The notes under the pieces are model-generated. The model saw only the letters and a list, made by a program, of their open reading frames with translations, had not been told where the DNA came from and made no database searches. Shown here piece after piece: positions 9,701 to 18,305 of a stretch of 64,000 bases of DNA; position 1 is the first letter of the stretch; the number at the start of each line of letters is the position of its first letter. The position numbers were made by a program, and so were the translations under genes. This stretch comes from Bacteroidota bacterium (GTDB lineage Bacteria; Bacteroidota; Ignavibacteria; UBA10030; SZUA-254). The stretch is taken from the NCBI GenBank assembly GCA_035524335.1, contig DATKPE010000055.1:1759-65758 (forward strand), in the 5' to 3' direction.

Positions 9701-11270
9701 CCGGTCGACAGCGCTCCGTGCGATCGTGCGGGCCGAATTTCTTCTCCGGTTCCGCCGCACCTCGAGCATTATCATTCTCCTGGCTGTTGCGGCCGGTGTC
9801 TATTTCATTGTCCCGGAGCCCTCCTCGGGCCATTCGATGATCCAGGTGGAAGGACATCATGTACTGCAGAATTCGGCCGCGGTGGCGCTTGCGACGGGTC
9901 TGAACTGCTCCCTGCTCCTGAGCCTCTTCGGGTATTATCTTGTCAGCAATTCGCTTCGGCGCGAAATTCTCTCGCATACCGCGTCGGTTGTCGCGGCGAC
10001 GCGCGTCGGGTCGCTCGAGTACCTCACCGGAAAGTTCATCGGAAATGTCCTGTTCCTGGCCGTAATAGGGGCGGGATGCATGCTGAGCGCGATGGCGATG
10101 TTTCTTCTCAGGGGCGAGGGAACCCTTGAACCCCTGGTGTTCCTTGCGACGTACACGTGGCTTCTTCTCCCGATGGTCGCCGTGGTGGCGGCGATCGCCC
10201 TGCTTTTCGAGAGTGTTTCAGTACTTTCGGGCCGGGTGGGGGACGTTCTTTATTTTTTCATATGGGGAGGGTCGCTCGGTGCGCCGGTGGCCATCGTTCA
10301 ATCGTCCCACGCCCATCGATGGCTGGAAATGGTCGACATCCTCGGACTGACCGAGGTGATCACGCAACTTACCCGCAGATTCAATACGGAGAACATCTCG
10401 ATCGGATTTTCCACGACGAACCGGGCGCTCGCACCGATGCATTTTGCGGGTCTGGAGTTCGGCGGGGATGCCCTGCTGGTCAGGCTTGGTCCTCTCGTCG
10501 CCGCGGCGGTCTGTCTCCTTATTGCCCGGGCCGCGTTTCACCGCTTTGATCCGGTCAGGATCAAACGGCTCTCGGGGCGGGATCGCTGGGATCTCAGGAG
10601 GAGGATCGAACTTCGTCTGAAACCGGCGACAGGCTGGCTGGTTTCCCTGACAGGAGCGGGGAGCCGCCGTGCCGGCTTTTCCGGAGCGGTCAGGGCCGAC
10701 GTGATCATGACCCTGCTGCAGTCGCCTCTGATCCTGGTGGCCGTCGGGGTGTTTCTCCCGCTCACGCTGTTCATGGATCTGGCGGATGTGCGGACGGGAG
10801 TTCTGCCGGCGATGGTGGTGGTCCTCGTGATTGCGCTTTCGGACATCGCCTCCCGCGATCCCTCGGCGGGCATGCTGAAGCTTCTCTGTTCGGTTCCCCG
10901 CGTCAGGGAACGCTACGTTCTGTGGAAGTTCTGTTCGTCGCTGGCGGTGACACTGCTGTTCACGGCGGTGCCGCTGGTGCGGCTGGGGGGAGGATCGGCG
11001 ACGGCGTGCATTTCGCTGGCCGTCGGTACGCTTCTCCTGCCGGCTGCAGCCACGGGAATGGGAGTGCTGACGGGGGCGGGAAAACTGTTCATCGTTACCG
11101 TGCTCATGCTCCTCGACGCGGCGCTGAATGCGCAGGGAGTGCCGGGGCTCGACTTTTTCGGGTGTTACGGGATTGCGACACCGGCGACGCAGGCGGGGTA
11201 TTTCGGCGGTGCGGTACTGCTCCTCGCGGCCGCGCATGCGAAGCATGCCGCGGCGATGAAGAAGTTGTAG
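9666..11270 (+). CDS. ABC-2 family exporter permease, fused 12-TM form
   Basis: 534 aa with about 12 hydrophobic helices in two 6-TM halves, separated by a charged loop ('HRFDPVRIKRLSGRDRWDLRRR'). Overlaps the upstream ABC ATPase gene. Confidence 0.6.
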   Translation: MQSIQRFPGMPDRSTALRAIVRAEFLLRFRRTSSIIILLAVAAGVYFIVPEPSSGHSMIQVEGHHVLQNSAAVALATGLNCSLLLSLFGYYLVSNSLRREILSHTASVVAATRVGSLEYLTGKFIGNVLFLAVIGAGCMLSAMAMFLLRGEGTLEPLVFLATYTWLLLPMVAVVAAIALLFESVSVLSGRVGDVLYFFIWGGSLGAPVAIVQSSHAHRWLEMVDILGLTEVITQLTRRFNTENISIGFSTTNRALAPMHFAGLEFGGDALLVRLGPLVAAAVCLLIARAAFHRFDPVRIKRLSGRDRWDLRRRIELRLKPATGWLVSLTGAGSRRAGFSGAVRADVIMTLLQSPLILVAVGVFLPLTLFMDLADVRTGVLPAMVVVLVIALSDIASRDPSAGMLKLLCSVPRVRERYVLWKFCSSLAVTLLFTAVPLVRLGGGSATACISLAVGTLLLPAAATGMGVLTGAGKLFIVTVLMLLDAALNAQGVPGLDFFGCYGIATPATQAGYFGGAVLLLAAAHAKHAAAMKKL

Positions 11271-11282
11271 CCGGGAGAGGTT

Positions 11283-12368
11283 TCAGCTGTGGCGGATCGA
11301 CATGATGTCCCCCTCGTGGACGATGTATTCCTTTCCTTCCAGCCGCCACAATCCCTTTTCCTTCACTTTTGCGAACGAACCGTCGTTCGCCATGAAATCG
11401 TCGTAGTGGACGACTTCGGCACGGATGAACTTCTGAACGAAGTCCGAATGGATCGCACCGGCGGCTTCCTGGGCGGTCATCCCTTTCCGTATCGTCCAGG
11501 CACGGCATTCATCCTCACCGACGGTGAAGAAGGATTGGAGGCCGAGCAGGTCGTACGACTGGCGGATGAGGGATGTCAGGGCCGATTCGGTGACGCCGTA
11601 TTCGGCCATGAAGACGGCGGCTTCCTCGTCGGGCAGTTCCGACATTTCCATTTCAATCTTGCCGAAGAATGTCATCGCCCGGGTGTTGGCGCCGCCCTTC
11701 GCCTTTGTGACCGCGGCGAGAAGAGCGGGAGCCCTGTCGCGCTCCGTCTCGTCCAGATTCAGGGCGATGAGCATCGGCTTGATCGAGAGAAGCTGATACG
11801 TTTTCAGAATCAGAAGTTCTTCCTTTGAAAGCACGGCCTCGCGGAGCGGGCGCTCTTCCGAGAGGATCGCATGGCATTTTTCGAGGACCGGCAGTTCCTT
11901 TCTGGCGGTTTCATCGCTGCTTTTCTGAAGTTGTTTCCTGATGCGTTCGATCCGGGTTTCGAGAATGCCGAGGTCGGAGAGGATGAATTCGGTTTCAAAT
12001 CCTGTGATATCCCGCAGGACATCGACCGAGCCGTCGGGGTGGGGAACCGTGTCATTCGCGAACGAGCGCACCACCTGAACGAGGGCGTCATTGGTTTTGA
12101 CGCTGGCCAGAAAGTTTGTCGTGAACTGGGTCGATCCGGATTCTCCCTTCTGCAGGCCGACGACGTCGACAAACTCAATCGTTGCGTAGACGGTGCGTTT
12201 CGGATGGAAGATGGCGTCGCACTTGTCGAGTCGTTCGTCCGGAACCTTGACGACGGCGTGGTGCGTTTCGCTCCTGGAGAGTACCGTCGGATCCAGGTGT
12301 GTCTTCGTGATGGTCTGAAACAGGGTTGTCTTGCCCGAAAAGGGAAGACCGACGATGCCGATCTGCAT
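11283..12368 (-). CDS. ychF: ribosome-binding ATPase YchF (Obg-family GTPase)
   Basis: 'MQIGIVGLPFSGKTTLF' G1 motif. Full-length colinearity with E. coli YchF, including the C-terminal TGS domain 'EYIVHEGDIMSIRHS'. 361 aa. Confidence 0.9.
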   Translation of the reverse strand: MQIGIVGLPFSGKTTLFQTITKTHLDPTVLSRSETHHAVVKVPDERLDKCDAIFHPKRTVYATIEFVDVVGLQKGESGSTQFTTNFLASVKTNDALVQVVRSFANDTVPHPDGSVDVLRDITGFETEFILSDLGILETRIERIRKQLQKSSDETARKELPVLEKCHAILSEERPLREAVLSKEELLILKTYQLLSIKPMLIALNLDETERDRAPALLAAVTKAKGGANTRAMTFFGKIEMEMSELPDEEAAVFMAEYGVTESALTSLIRQSYDLLGLQSFFTVGEDECRAWTIRKGMTAQEAAGAIHSDFVQKFIRAEVVHYDDFMANDGSFAKVKEKGLWRLEGKEYIVHEGDIMSIRHS

Positions 12369-12435
12369 GGATAATCGATAATGGTGAGACGGACAGGGAT
12401 AACATACGAAAATCCGGCGAGACTTGCCCGTCCGG

Positions 12436-13692
12436 TCAGCGGTCGAAGAGCTTTTTCATCGACCGGAGGAGCCCCGTCATTTTTTCGGCGGACTCGATTC
12501 TGCGGCCGCTTTTGCGGGAGTAACTTTCGAACGCCGCAGTGAGACCGACATCAGAGCCGAACTGCTGGCTCAGGTAATATTTATGGAGCATGATGTCGAG
12601 GTAAAGAGAGGCGGCCGTGCTGTCGGGAAAATCGTGCAGGATATCGTATTCCGCAAATAATTTGAGCACCGGTTTGAAGACGTGCACATACCAGTCCCGC
12701 GCCGCCTCGTCAACCGGGACCTCGCGTCCGCGGCGCTCGCTGAGGTACCATTTGTGCTCGTAGATGTGCTGGAGAAGCGCCCTTGACTGTCCCGGTTCCT
12801 GAAACGTGCCGAGAAGACGGTCGACATCCATGTTCGTGATCATCGCGAACCATTTCTCCTCGTGCTCGATCTCGAACAGGTCGCGGTACCGCTGGAGAAT
12901 GTACCGCTGATCCCCGGCGGCAATCATCGGATCGGGGCTGGTCCCGCTCCTCCGGAGGTCCTCCTCGGCCCATGCAATGGATTCGAGAAAATTGCTGAGA
13001 TCGCTGAGGCGCATCGACTCCGAAAGCGTCGGATGGAATTCAACCGTTTCGGCATCGGCGAGCACCGCCCGCAGAACGGTCCGGTTGCCGATTTCAGGAA
13101 AACGTTCCTTCGCGAAGACGATCATCATATTGGAGAGCGATGCGTCCCCCCAGAAAATATTTTTGATATGCAGACCGACGAAGAGGGTGATGATCGCATC
13201 CCATATCCGTTTCCTGTTGATTTTCTGAAACTGCCGCCGGAAGAGGAAATAATTCGGGATGGAATATTCCAGCAGACGGGTCACGACATAACCCGTGGCG
13301 TGCGTCTCGGCCTGGACACCGACGGCGGTGTTCACCGGCACGAGGCCGTCAATCCGGTATACCGTTCCGACGGGGATAAGCGTCGGGACGCCAAGCGAGC
13401 GAAGCCGGAGGTAGGTATCGACCTCGCGTCCGGCGGCCTCTCCGGAGGTCTCTTTCACGGCAAAGGCGCTCCGGCGCAGTCTGATAAACCGGACGACATG
13501 CCGCGAGATTCCGCTCCGGACGGGTATGAAGTTTGCATCCCGGGATGTCCATGCGGACAGCGGCTTGTACCACGGCAGACGCTGAAGCGGCCGGGCCTCC
13601 GTTCCCTCGAACATCATGGAAATGCTCATCCGGTCCGAGGTGCCGCTCCGGACCGAACCGCGTCGCCTCTGCGCGCGTTTCTCCTGATCCAT
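12436..13692 (-). CDS. conserved hypothetical protein, possibly DUF4032 family
   Basis: The six-frame ORF extends to 14430, but that extension overlaps the divergent GDE gene by more than 600 nt. The start is re-set to the in-frame ATG at 13692 ('MDQEKRAQ...'). The C-terminal region 'HIYEHKWYLSERRG...' is recalled as DUF4032-like. This recall is weak. Confidence 0.35.
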   Translation of the reverse strand: MDQEKRAQRRRGSVRSGTSDRMSISMMFEGTEARPLQRLPWYKPLSAWTSRDANFIPVRSGISRHVVRFIRLRRSAFAVKETSGEAAGREVDTYLRLRSLGVPTLIPVGTVYRIDGLVPVNTAVGVQAETHATGYVVTRLLEYSIPNYFLFRRQFQKINRKRIWDAIITLFVGLHIKNIFWGDASLSNMMIVFAKERFPEIGNRTVLRAVLADAETVEFHPTLSESMRLSDLSNFLESIAWAEEDLRRSGTSPDPMIAAGDQRYILQRYRDLFEIEHEEKWFAMITNMDVDRLLGTFQEPGQSRALLQHIYEHKWYLSERRGREVPVDEAARDWYVHVFKPVLKLFAEYDILHDFPDSTAASLYLDIMLHKYYLSQQFGSDVGLTAAFESYSRKSGRRIESAEKMTGLLRSMKKLFDR

Positions 13693-13794
13693 TCTCCAAG
13701 GTAGCAGTTCAGCGGAAAGATTCCAAGAAATGCGTTTCTCCCCCTTTTCTGACCGGAAATTCGTATCTTGATCGGGCATTCGCACGGGAACGAC

Positions 13795-16700
13795 ATGAAA
13801 ACCATTCTTCTGACACTGATCCTTGCCGCCGGCGCCCCGGCTGCAGGGGAGCTTTCCGGAAACCGCATCTCGTCCGATGAACTGAAAATTGCCGTCGACG
13901 GACCATCGCGGGAAATCGCCTACACAAACAAGGAGGCCGGCTACTATTATACGGAGACCAACGGTCCCCACCGGACAGGATGGCAGGGCTGGCACATCAT
14001 GTCGGTAAAAATCCTGGATGATTACCGCATCGTCGCCGGAGGCGATACTCTCCGGCGGGAACAGGCGCACGCGGAGGTTTTGCCCCATCAGATGACCCGT
14101 CTCTATCCCGGCGGAACCACGGAAACATTCACCATGCTCGATTCCGTCGACGCGCTCGTCGTCGAGCTCCGGAGTCTCCGGGCTTCCCTGCTCCGGTTTT
14201 CCCCGCTCTTTGCCGAGTCGCCCCATCCGGAGGACTATGTTGTCCGATGGGATCACCGGGTACTGCTGATCGCGCTCAAGCGGCATCTCCGGCGGACTGC
14301 ATCCGAAAATTATCCTGTCTGGATCGGAATTTCGGCCGCGCCTCCCATAACCGCCCTCCGGTATGAACCCGATTCCCCCGGAACGGCGGCGCCATGGTCG
14401 CCGGCGGATCTGATCGCCGAGCCGTGGCACGACAGGTGTACCTTTGTCCTTGCCGCCGGCGATTCCGCAACGGCAACGGCCGAGCTTGCCCGCCAGATCG
14501 CGGAGTCCTACCCCGGCCGGATCGCCGCGAGGGAGCGGCGGATCGAGCAGATGCTCAACAGATCGATGTTCCGGTGCAATGATGAAAATTATACTCGTGC
14601 CGTCAACTGGGCAAAAGTTTCCGCCGACGCCCTCATCATGAATCAGCTGAAGAAGGGAATATTTGCGGGACTGCCGTGGTTTGATAATTACTGGGGAAGG
14701 GATTCGTATATCTCCCTTCCGGGGACTGCGCTGGTCACAGGTGATTTTGCGGAAGCGAAGCAGATCCTCAATTCATTCGCCGGCTGGCAGGATACGAACC
14801 GGCAAAGTCCCACATGGGGAAGAATCCCGAACATCGTCACCCCCGTCTCGATAGCCTACAACACTGCGGACGGGACCCCCTGGTTCACCATCGCCGCGGA
14901 AGAATATGTCCGGATGTCGGGCGACACGGGATACGTTCCCGTCATTTATCCGGCGGTCAGACTTGGGATCGGCGCTTCGATTGCGCGGAGGTGCGACAGA
15001 TACGGTTTTCTGACTCATGCCGACGCGGAAACCTGGATGGACGCGGTCGGTCCCGAGGGTCCGTGGAGTCCCCGGGGAAACAGGGCCGACGATATCCAGG
15101 AGCTCTGGTATCGTCAACTGAGAGCGGGAGCCCGGTTTGCGAGGATGGTCGGGGATTCCGGAAGCGCCTCGGCATGGGACGGGCGCGCCGATTCACTCAG
15201 AACGATGTTCAACCGGATGTTCATCGATGCGGATTCCGCCCAGCTCTACGATCACCTGAACGCCGACGGTTCGCCCGACCGTCGGATCAGGCCGAATCAG
15301 ATATTCGCCCTTGGATTGATTCAGGATCCGGTCATCCGGGCTAACGTATTCCGGAAACTCACCGAGCGGCTGGTCTATTCCTATGGCGTCGGCTCCCTGT
15401 GGCAGGAGGATCCCGGATACCATCCATGGCATCATTATGAACCGTATTACGTTCAGGATGCCGCGTACCATAACGGCGTGGTCTGGACGTGGCTCGCGGG
15501 GAGGTGGATCGACGAAGCCGCCGGATACGGCCTCCCGGATCTCGCCTTTACCGTCACCGCGTCGATGACAAGGCAGATCCTGGAGCGGGGAGCGGTCGGC
15601 ACGATTTCGGAACTGCTCGACGGGGCCCCGAGGCCGGGAGAAAGTGAACCGGGGCTGTCGGGAACTTTTTCACAGGCCTGGAGTCTCGCCGAATATATCA
15701 GGGTGCTCTACGAGGCATACCTGGGGATCCGCACCGATGCAGTCGGAGATCGCATTTCCATCACACCTCATCTTCCCGGCGAGATTACAGAAGTGTCGTG
15801 CACAATTCCGGTCGGGACCCGCCGAGTCGGGATGCTCGTGCATGACATGGGAGGGCGGGGTGACGTCCGGTTCACGCTCGACACCGGTGAAGTCCCGTTG
15901 CGGCTCGATTTTGGTCTGGGGAACAGGAGATCATCCTGCACGCTTCTCCCGGGGAAACCTCTCCGGATCACGTTTGATGAGGACGGATTGTCGGTTGCCG
16001 GTACTGCCTGCGGAGACCCGGCAACGATCCCGGACGACAGGGCCTCGGGACCGGTGCGTGGAATCCTGGCGGGCATCCGCCTTGCGGTGCCTCATGTCCG
16101 CGCCGATCTTCCGGCCCTCCGGAGGCCGTCCTACCGGGCGCTGACGCACGAGGAGGTTTCGTCGGTTAATCCGCAGTCAAAGATCATTTATGATGCGCCG
16201 GATCCCGAAGGCGACGACAGGGGACCGGGATCGTACACATATCCCGCAACGCCGGCCCTGCTTGCCGGCAGTCTCGATATCACCCATTTCACCGCCGCAT
16301 ATGACGGCCGGTATTTTTATTTCAGGCTGACATTCCGGAATCTGTCGAATCCGGGATGGCATCCGGAATACGGTTTCCAGCTCACCTTCGCGGCGATTGC
16401 AGTCCACACCGGGGATGCGGGGCAGTCCGTACAGAGGGTGGTCGGGCGGAATGCGCACTACTTTCTCGATTCCTCGCTTGCGTTCAGCCGGATCGTCTAT
16501 ATCGGCGGCGGGATCAGCGTCGAAGACGGAAAAGGGGCGATACTGGCGGAATACCGGCCGGTCGCCGGGGATGAAAAAAAACCGCTCGGCGATGTTGCGT
16601 CGCATACGATTTCCTGTGCGGTACCCGGAGAGTTGCTCGGCGCGCCGGATGCACGCTGGAAATTTTCCGTGCTGATCGGTGCACAGGACGATCACGGGGG

Positions 16701-16824
16701 CGCCGGAGTGGGGGAATTCCGCGCGGTCGGCGCTGAAGCCGGTGAATGGATCGGCGGCGGAAAGTCCGATCCCGCGGCGTCGAATATTTATGATGTTCTG
16801 TTGCCGCAGGATGTGCGAAGATGA
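13795..16824 (+). CDS. secreted amylo-alpha-1,6-glucosidase (GDE_C-type glycogen debranching enzyme-like) with C-terminal glucodextranase-like domain
   Basis: Signal peptide 'MKTILLTLILAAGAPAAG'. GDE_C signature 'GLPWFDNYWGRDSYISLPG'. C-terminal 'DAPDPEGDDRGPGSYTYP...FYFRLTFRNL' resembles the glucodextranase C-terminal (Glucodextran_C) module. Confidence 0.65.
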   Translation: MKTILLTLILAAGAPAAGELSGNRISSDELKIAVDGPSREIAYTNKEAGYYYTETNGPHRTGWQGWHIMSVKILDDYRIVAGGDTLRREQAHAEVLPHQMTRLYPGGTTETFTMLDSVDALVVELRSLRASLLRFSPLFAESPHPEDYVVRWDHRVLLIALKRHLRRTASENYPVWIGISAAPPITALRYEPDSPGTAAPWSPADLIAEPWHDRCTFVLAAGDSATATAELARQIAESYPGRIAARERRIEQMLNRSMFRCNDENYTRAVNWAKVSADALIMNQLKKGIFAGLPWFDNYWGRDSYISLPGTALVTGDFAEAKQILNSFAGWQDTNRQSPTWGRIPNIVTPVSIAYNTADGTPWFTIAAEEYVRMSGDTGYVPVIYPAVRLGIGASIARRCDRYGFLTHADAETWMDAVGPEGPWSPRGNRADDIQELWYRQLRAGARFARMVGDSGSASAWDGRADSLRTMFNRMFIDADSAQLYDHLNADGSPDRRIRPNQIFALGLIQDPVIRANVFRKLTERLVYSYGVGSLWQEDPGYHPWHHYEPYYVQDAAYHNGVVWTWLAGRWIDEAAGYGLPDLAFTVTASMTRQILERGAVGTISELLDGAPRPGESEPGLSGTFSQAWSLAEYIRVLYEAYLGIRTDAVGDRISITPHLPGEITEVSCTIPVGTRRVGMLVHDMGGRGDVRFTLDTGEVPLRLDFGLGNRRSSCTLLPGKPLRITFDEDGLSVAGTACGDPATIPDDRASGPVRGILAGIRLAVPHVRADLPALRRPSYRALTHEEVSSVNPQSKIIYDAPDPEGDDRGPGSYTYPATPALLAGSLDITHFTAAYDGRYFYFRLTFRNLSNPGWHPEYGFQLTFAAIAVHTGDAGQSVQRVVGRNAHYFLDSSLAFSRIVYIGGGISVEDGKGAILAEYRPVAGDEKKPLGDVASHTISCAVPGELLGAPDARWKFSVLIGAQDDHGGAGVGEFRAVGAEAGEWIGGGKSDPAASNIYDVLLPQDVRR

Positions 16825-16924
16825 TGCCGGATGAGGCAGGCTGAAGGACCGCTGAATCATTTTGAAGCGGGGTTCGTATATATATGGTAAAGAAGGAAGA
16901 GATGTTCGCCAAAATGATGAAAAT

Positions 16925-17653
16925 ATGAGGTCCGCTATGGATCGGACACATCAACGCAGACGGGGAATACAGCTGTTTTACGGTCTCCTTATTACGATTG
17001 TGGGGGTCGTTTTCCTGCTGGACAATATGGATATTGTGGAGGCTCATCAGGTCTTCCGGTTCTGGCCTGTCCTGATCATTCTCTTCGGCTTTTTCCGCCT
17101 CTCACGCGGATGCCGGCCGGGTTCGAGGGTTTTCGGGCTATTCTGGATAACAGTCGGTGTTCTGCTTCTTCTCGACCAGCTGGACATCGCCAATGTCAGC
17201 ATCTGGGACTGGTGGCCGCTGATCCTTGTATTCATCGGAATCAACATTCTGATCAAGCGGTCGGGAAAGAATGAGCCGCCGGTTCAACCGGAAGCAACAG
17301 CTCAGGGCGCGGAGGATCCGGATGCCATGGTCGATATGAACGGCATCCTGAGCGGCAGTAAACGGATCTGTCTTTCGCAGGGATTCCGGGGAGGAAGCCT
17401 TACCTCCGTCATGGGGGGATGTGAACTCGACCTCCGCCGGGCGTCGATGAAAAGCAGTTCCGCGGTTATCACGATATTTGCGGTATGGGGAGGTATCTCG
17501 GTCAGGGTGCCGCAGGATTGGACCGTCAGCCTGCAGGGAACGCCCATTCTCGGCGGGATCTCGGATAAAACTCATCCTGTGCCCGGTGCGGCAGAAAAAC
17601 TGCTGATCATCAAAGGTGAAGTGATCATGGCGGGAGCGGAAATAACGAACTGA
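16925..17653 (+). CDS. LiaF-like membrane protein (LiaI/LiaF TM region + DUF2154 toast-rack C-terminal domain)
   Basis: Two pairs of TM helices ('LFYGLLITIVGVVFLLDNMDI', 'FWITVGVLLLLDQLDIANVSIWDWWPLILVFIGINILI'). A beta-rich C-terminus follows ('GGCELDLRRA...ISVRVPQDW'). Start ambiguous: TTG 16862 or ATG 16925/16937. Confidence 0.5.
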   Translation: MRSAMDRTHQRRRGIQLFYGLLITIVGVVFLLDNMDIVEAHQVFRFWPVLIILFGFFRLSRGCRPGSRVFGLFWITVGVLLLLDQLDIANVSIWDWWPLILVFIGINILIKRSGKNEPPVQPEATAQGAEDPDAMVDMNGILSGSKRICLSQGFRGGSLTSVMGGCELDLRRASMKSSSAVITIFAVWGGISVRVPQDWTVSLQGTPILGGISDKTHPVPGAAEKLLIIKGEVIMAGAEITN

Positions 17654-17701
17654 TATCGATGCCGGGAGAACCGGCGGAACGATCCGGGCGCTATCACCCT
17701 G

Positions 17702-18235
17702 ATGATCCTGAATCTTGAGGAAGAGATACTCCGGGAGCAGAGCAAGGCGCAGGTCCTCAGAATATCTGCGTGGATCGGCGGATCCGAACGGCGGATGGCG
17801 GACCTCATGGAGCTGTTTCTGAACGGTCCAACCGACGTGTCCCGGCGTGCGGCATGGGTCATTGGTTATACATCGGAATGCCGGCCGCATCTTCTCCGGC
17901 CGTGGTATAAAAAAATGCTCTGGAAAGTGAAAAATTCCGGTGTTCATCCCGCTGTCCGCCGGAATGTAATGAAAGCTCTCTCCTCCGCAGATATTCCGCC
18001 CCCCCTCCTGGGGACTGCCGCCGCTATTGCCTTCAGGGAACTCGCCTCGCCGGACAGCCCGGTCGCCGTCCGGGTCTATTCCATGATTCTGCTCGGCGCT
18101 CTCGCAGAACGAAAGCCCGCTCTCCGGCACGAACTGCAGGGCACAATCGAACAGGTTTTGATGCATCCCACCCCCGGGCTGGCATCGCGGGGGAGGAAAA
18201 TCCTGCGCCGTCTCGCCGTTCTTCCTCTGCAGTGA
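17702..18235 (+). CDS. hypothetical protein (alpha-helical, HEAT/DNA-alkylation-repair-like repeats suspected)
   Basis: 177-aa ORF in a consistent coding frame between two + strand genes. No confident family. Confidence 0.35.
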   Translation: MILNLEEEILREQSKAQVLRISAWIGGSERRMADLMELFLNGPTDVSRRAAWVIGYTSECRPHLLRPWYKKMLWKVKNSGVHPAVRRNVMKALSSADIPPPLLGTAAAIAFRELASPDSPVAVRVYSMILLGALAERKPALRHELQGTIEQVLMHPTPGLASRGRKILRRLAVLPLQ

Positions 18236-18240
18236 TGCGG

Positions 18241-18269
18241 TTGACTTTCCCCTCCGCACTTCTGATATT
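18241..18269 (+). promoter_or_regulatory. sigma70-like promoter TTGACT-N17-GATATT upstream of BNR gene
   Basis: 'ttgactttcccctccgcacttctgatatt' lies 37 nt before the GTG start at 18306. Confidence 0.35.
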
Positions 18270-18305
18270 TACCACATTCGCTCATTTCACCGGAGTTCTG
18301 GTATT

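Noticed and set aside
12436-14430. Full 664-aa extent of the minus-strand ORF after ychF
   Set aside because: The upstream 246 codons would overlap the divergent, signal-peptide-bearing GDE gene by more than 600 nt. They translate to Arg/Gly-rich low-complexity sequence. The gene was truncated to the internal ATG at 13692.
17138-18259. 373-aa minus-strand ORF spanning the LiaF-like and HEAT-like genes
   Set aside because: Overlaps two + strand ORFs that have coherent TM/domain structure. The translation is Arg/Pro-rich with no motif.
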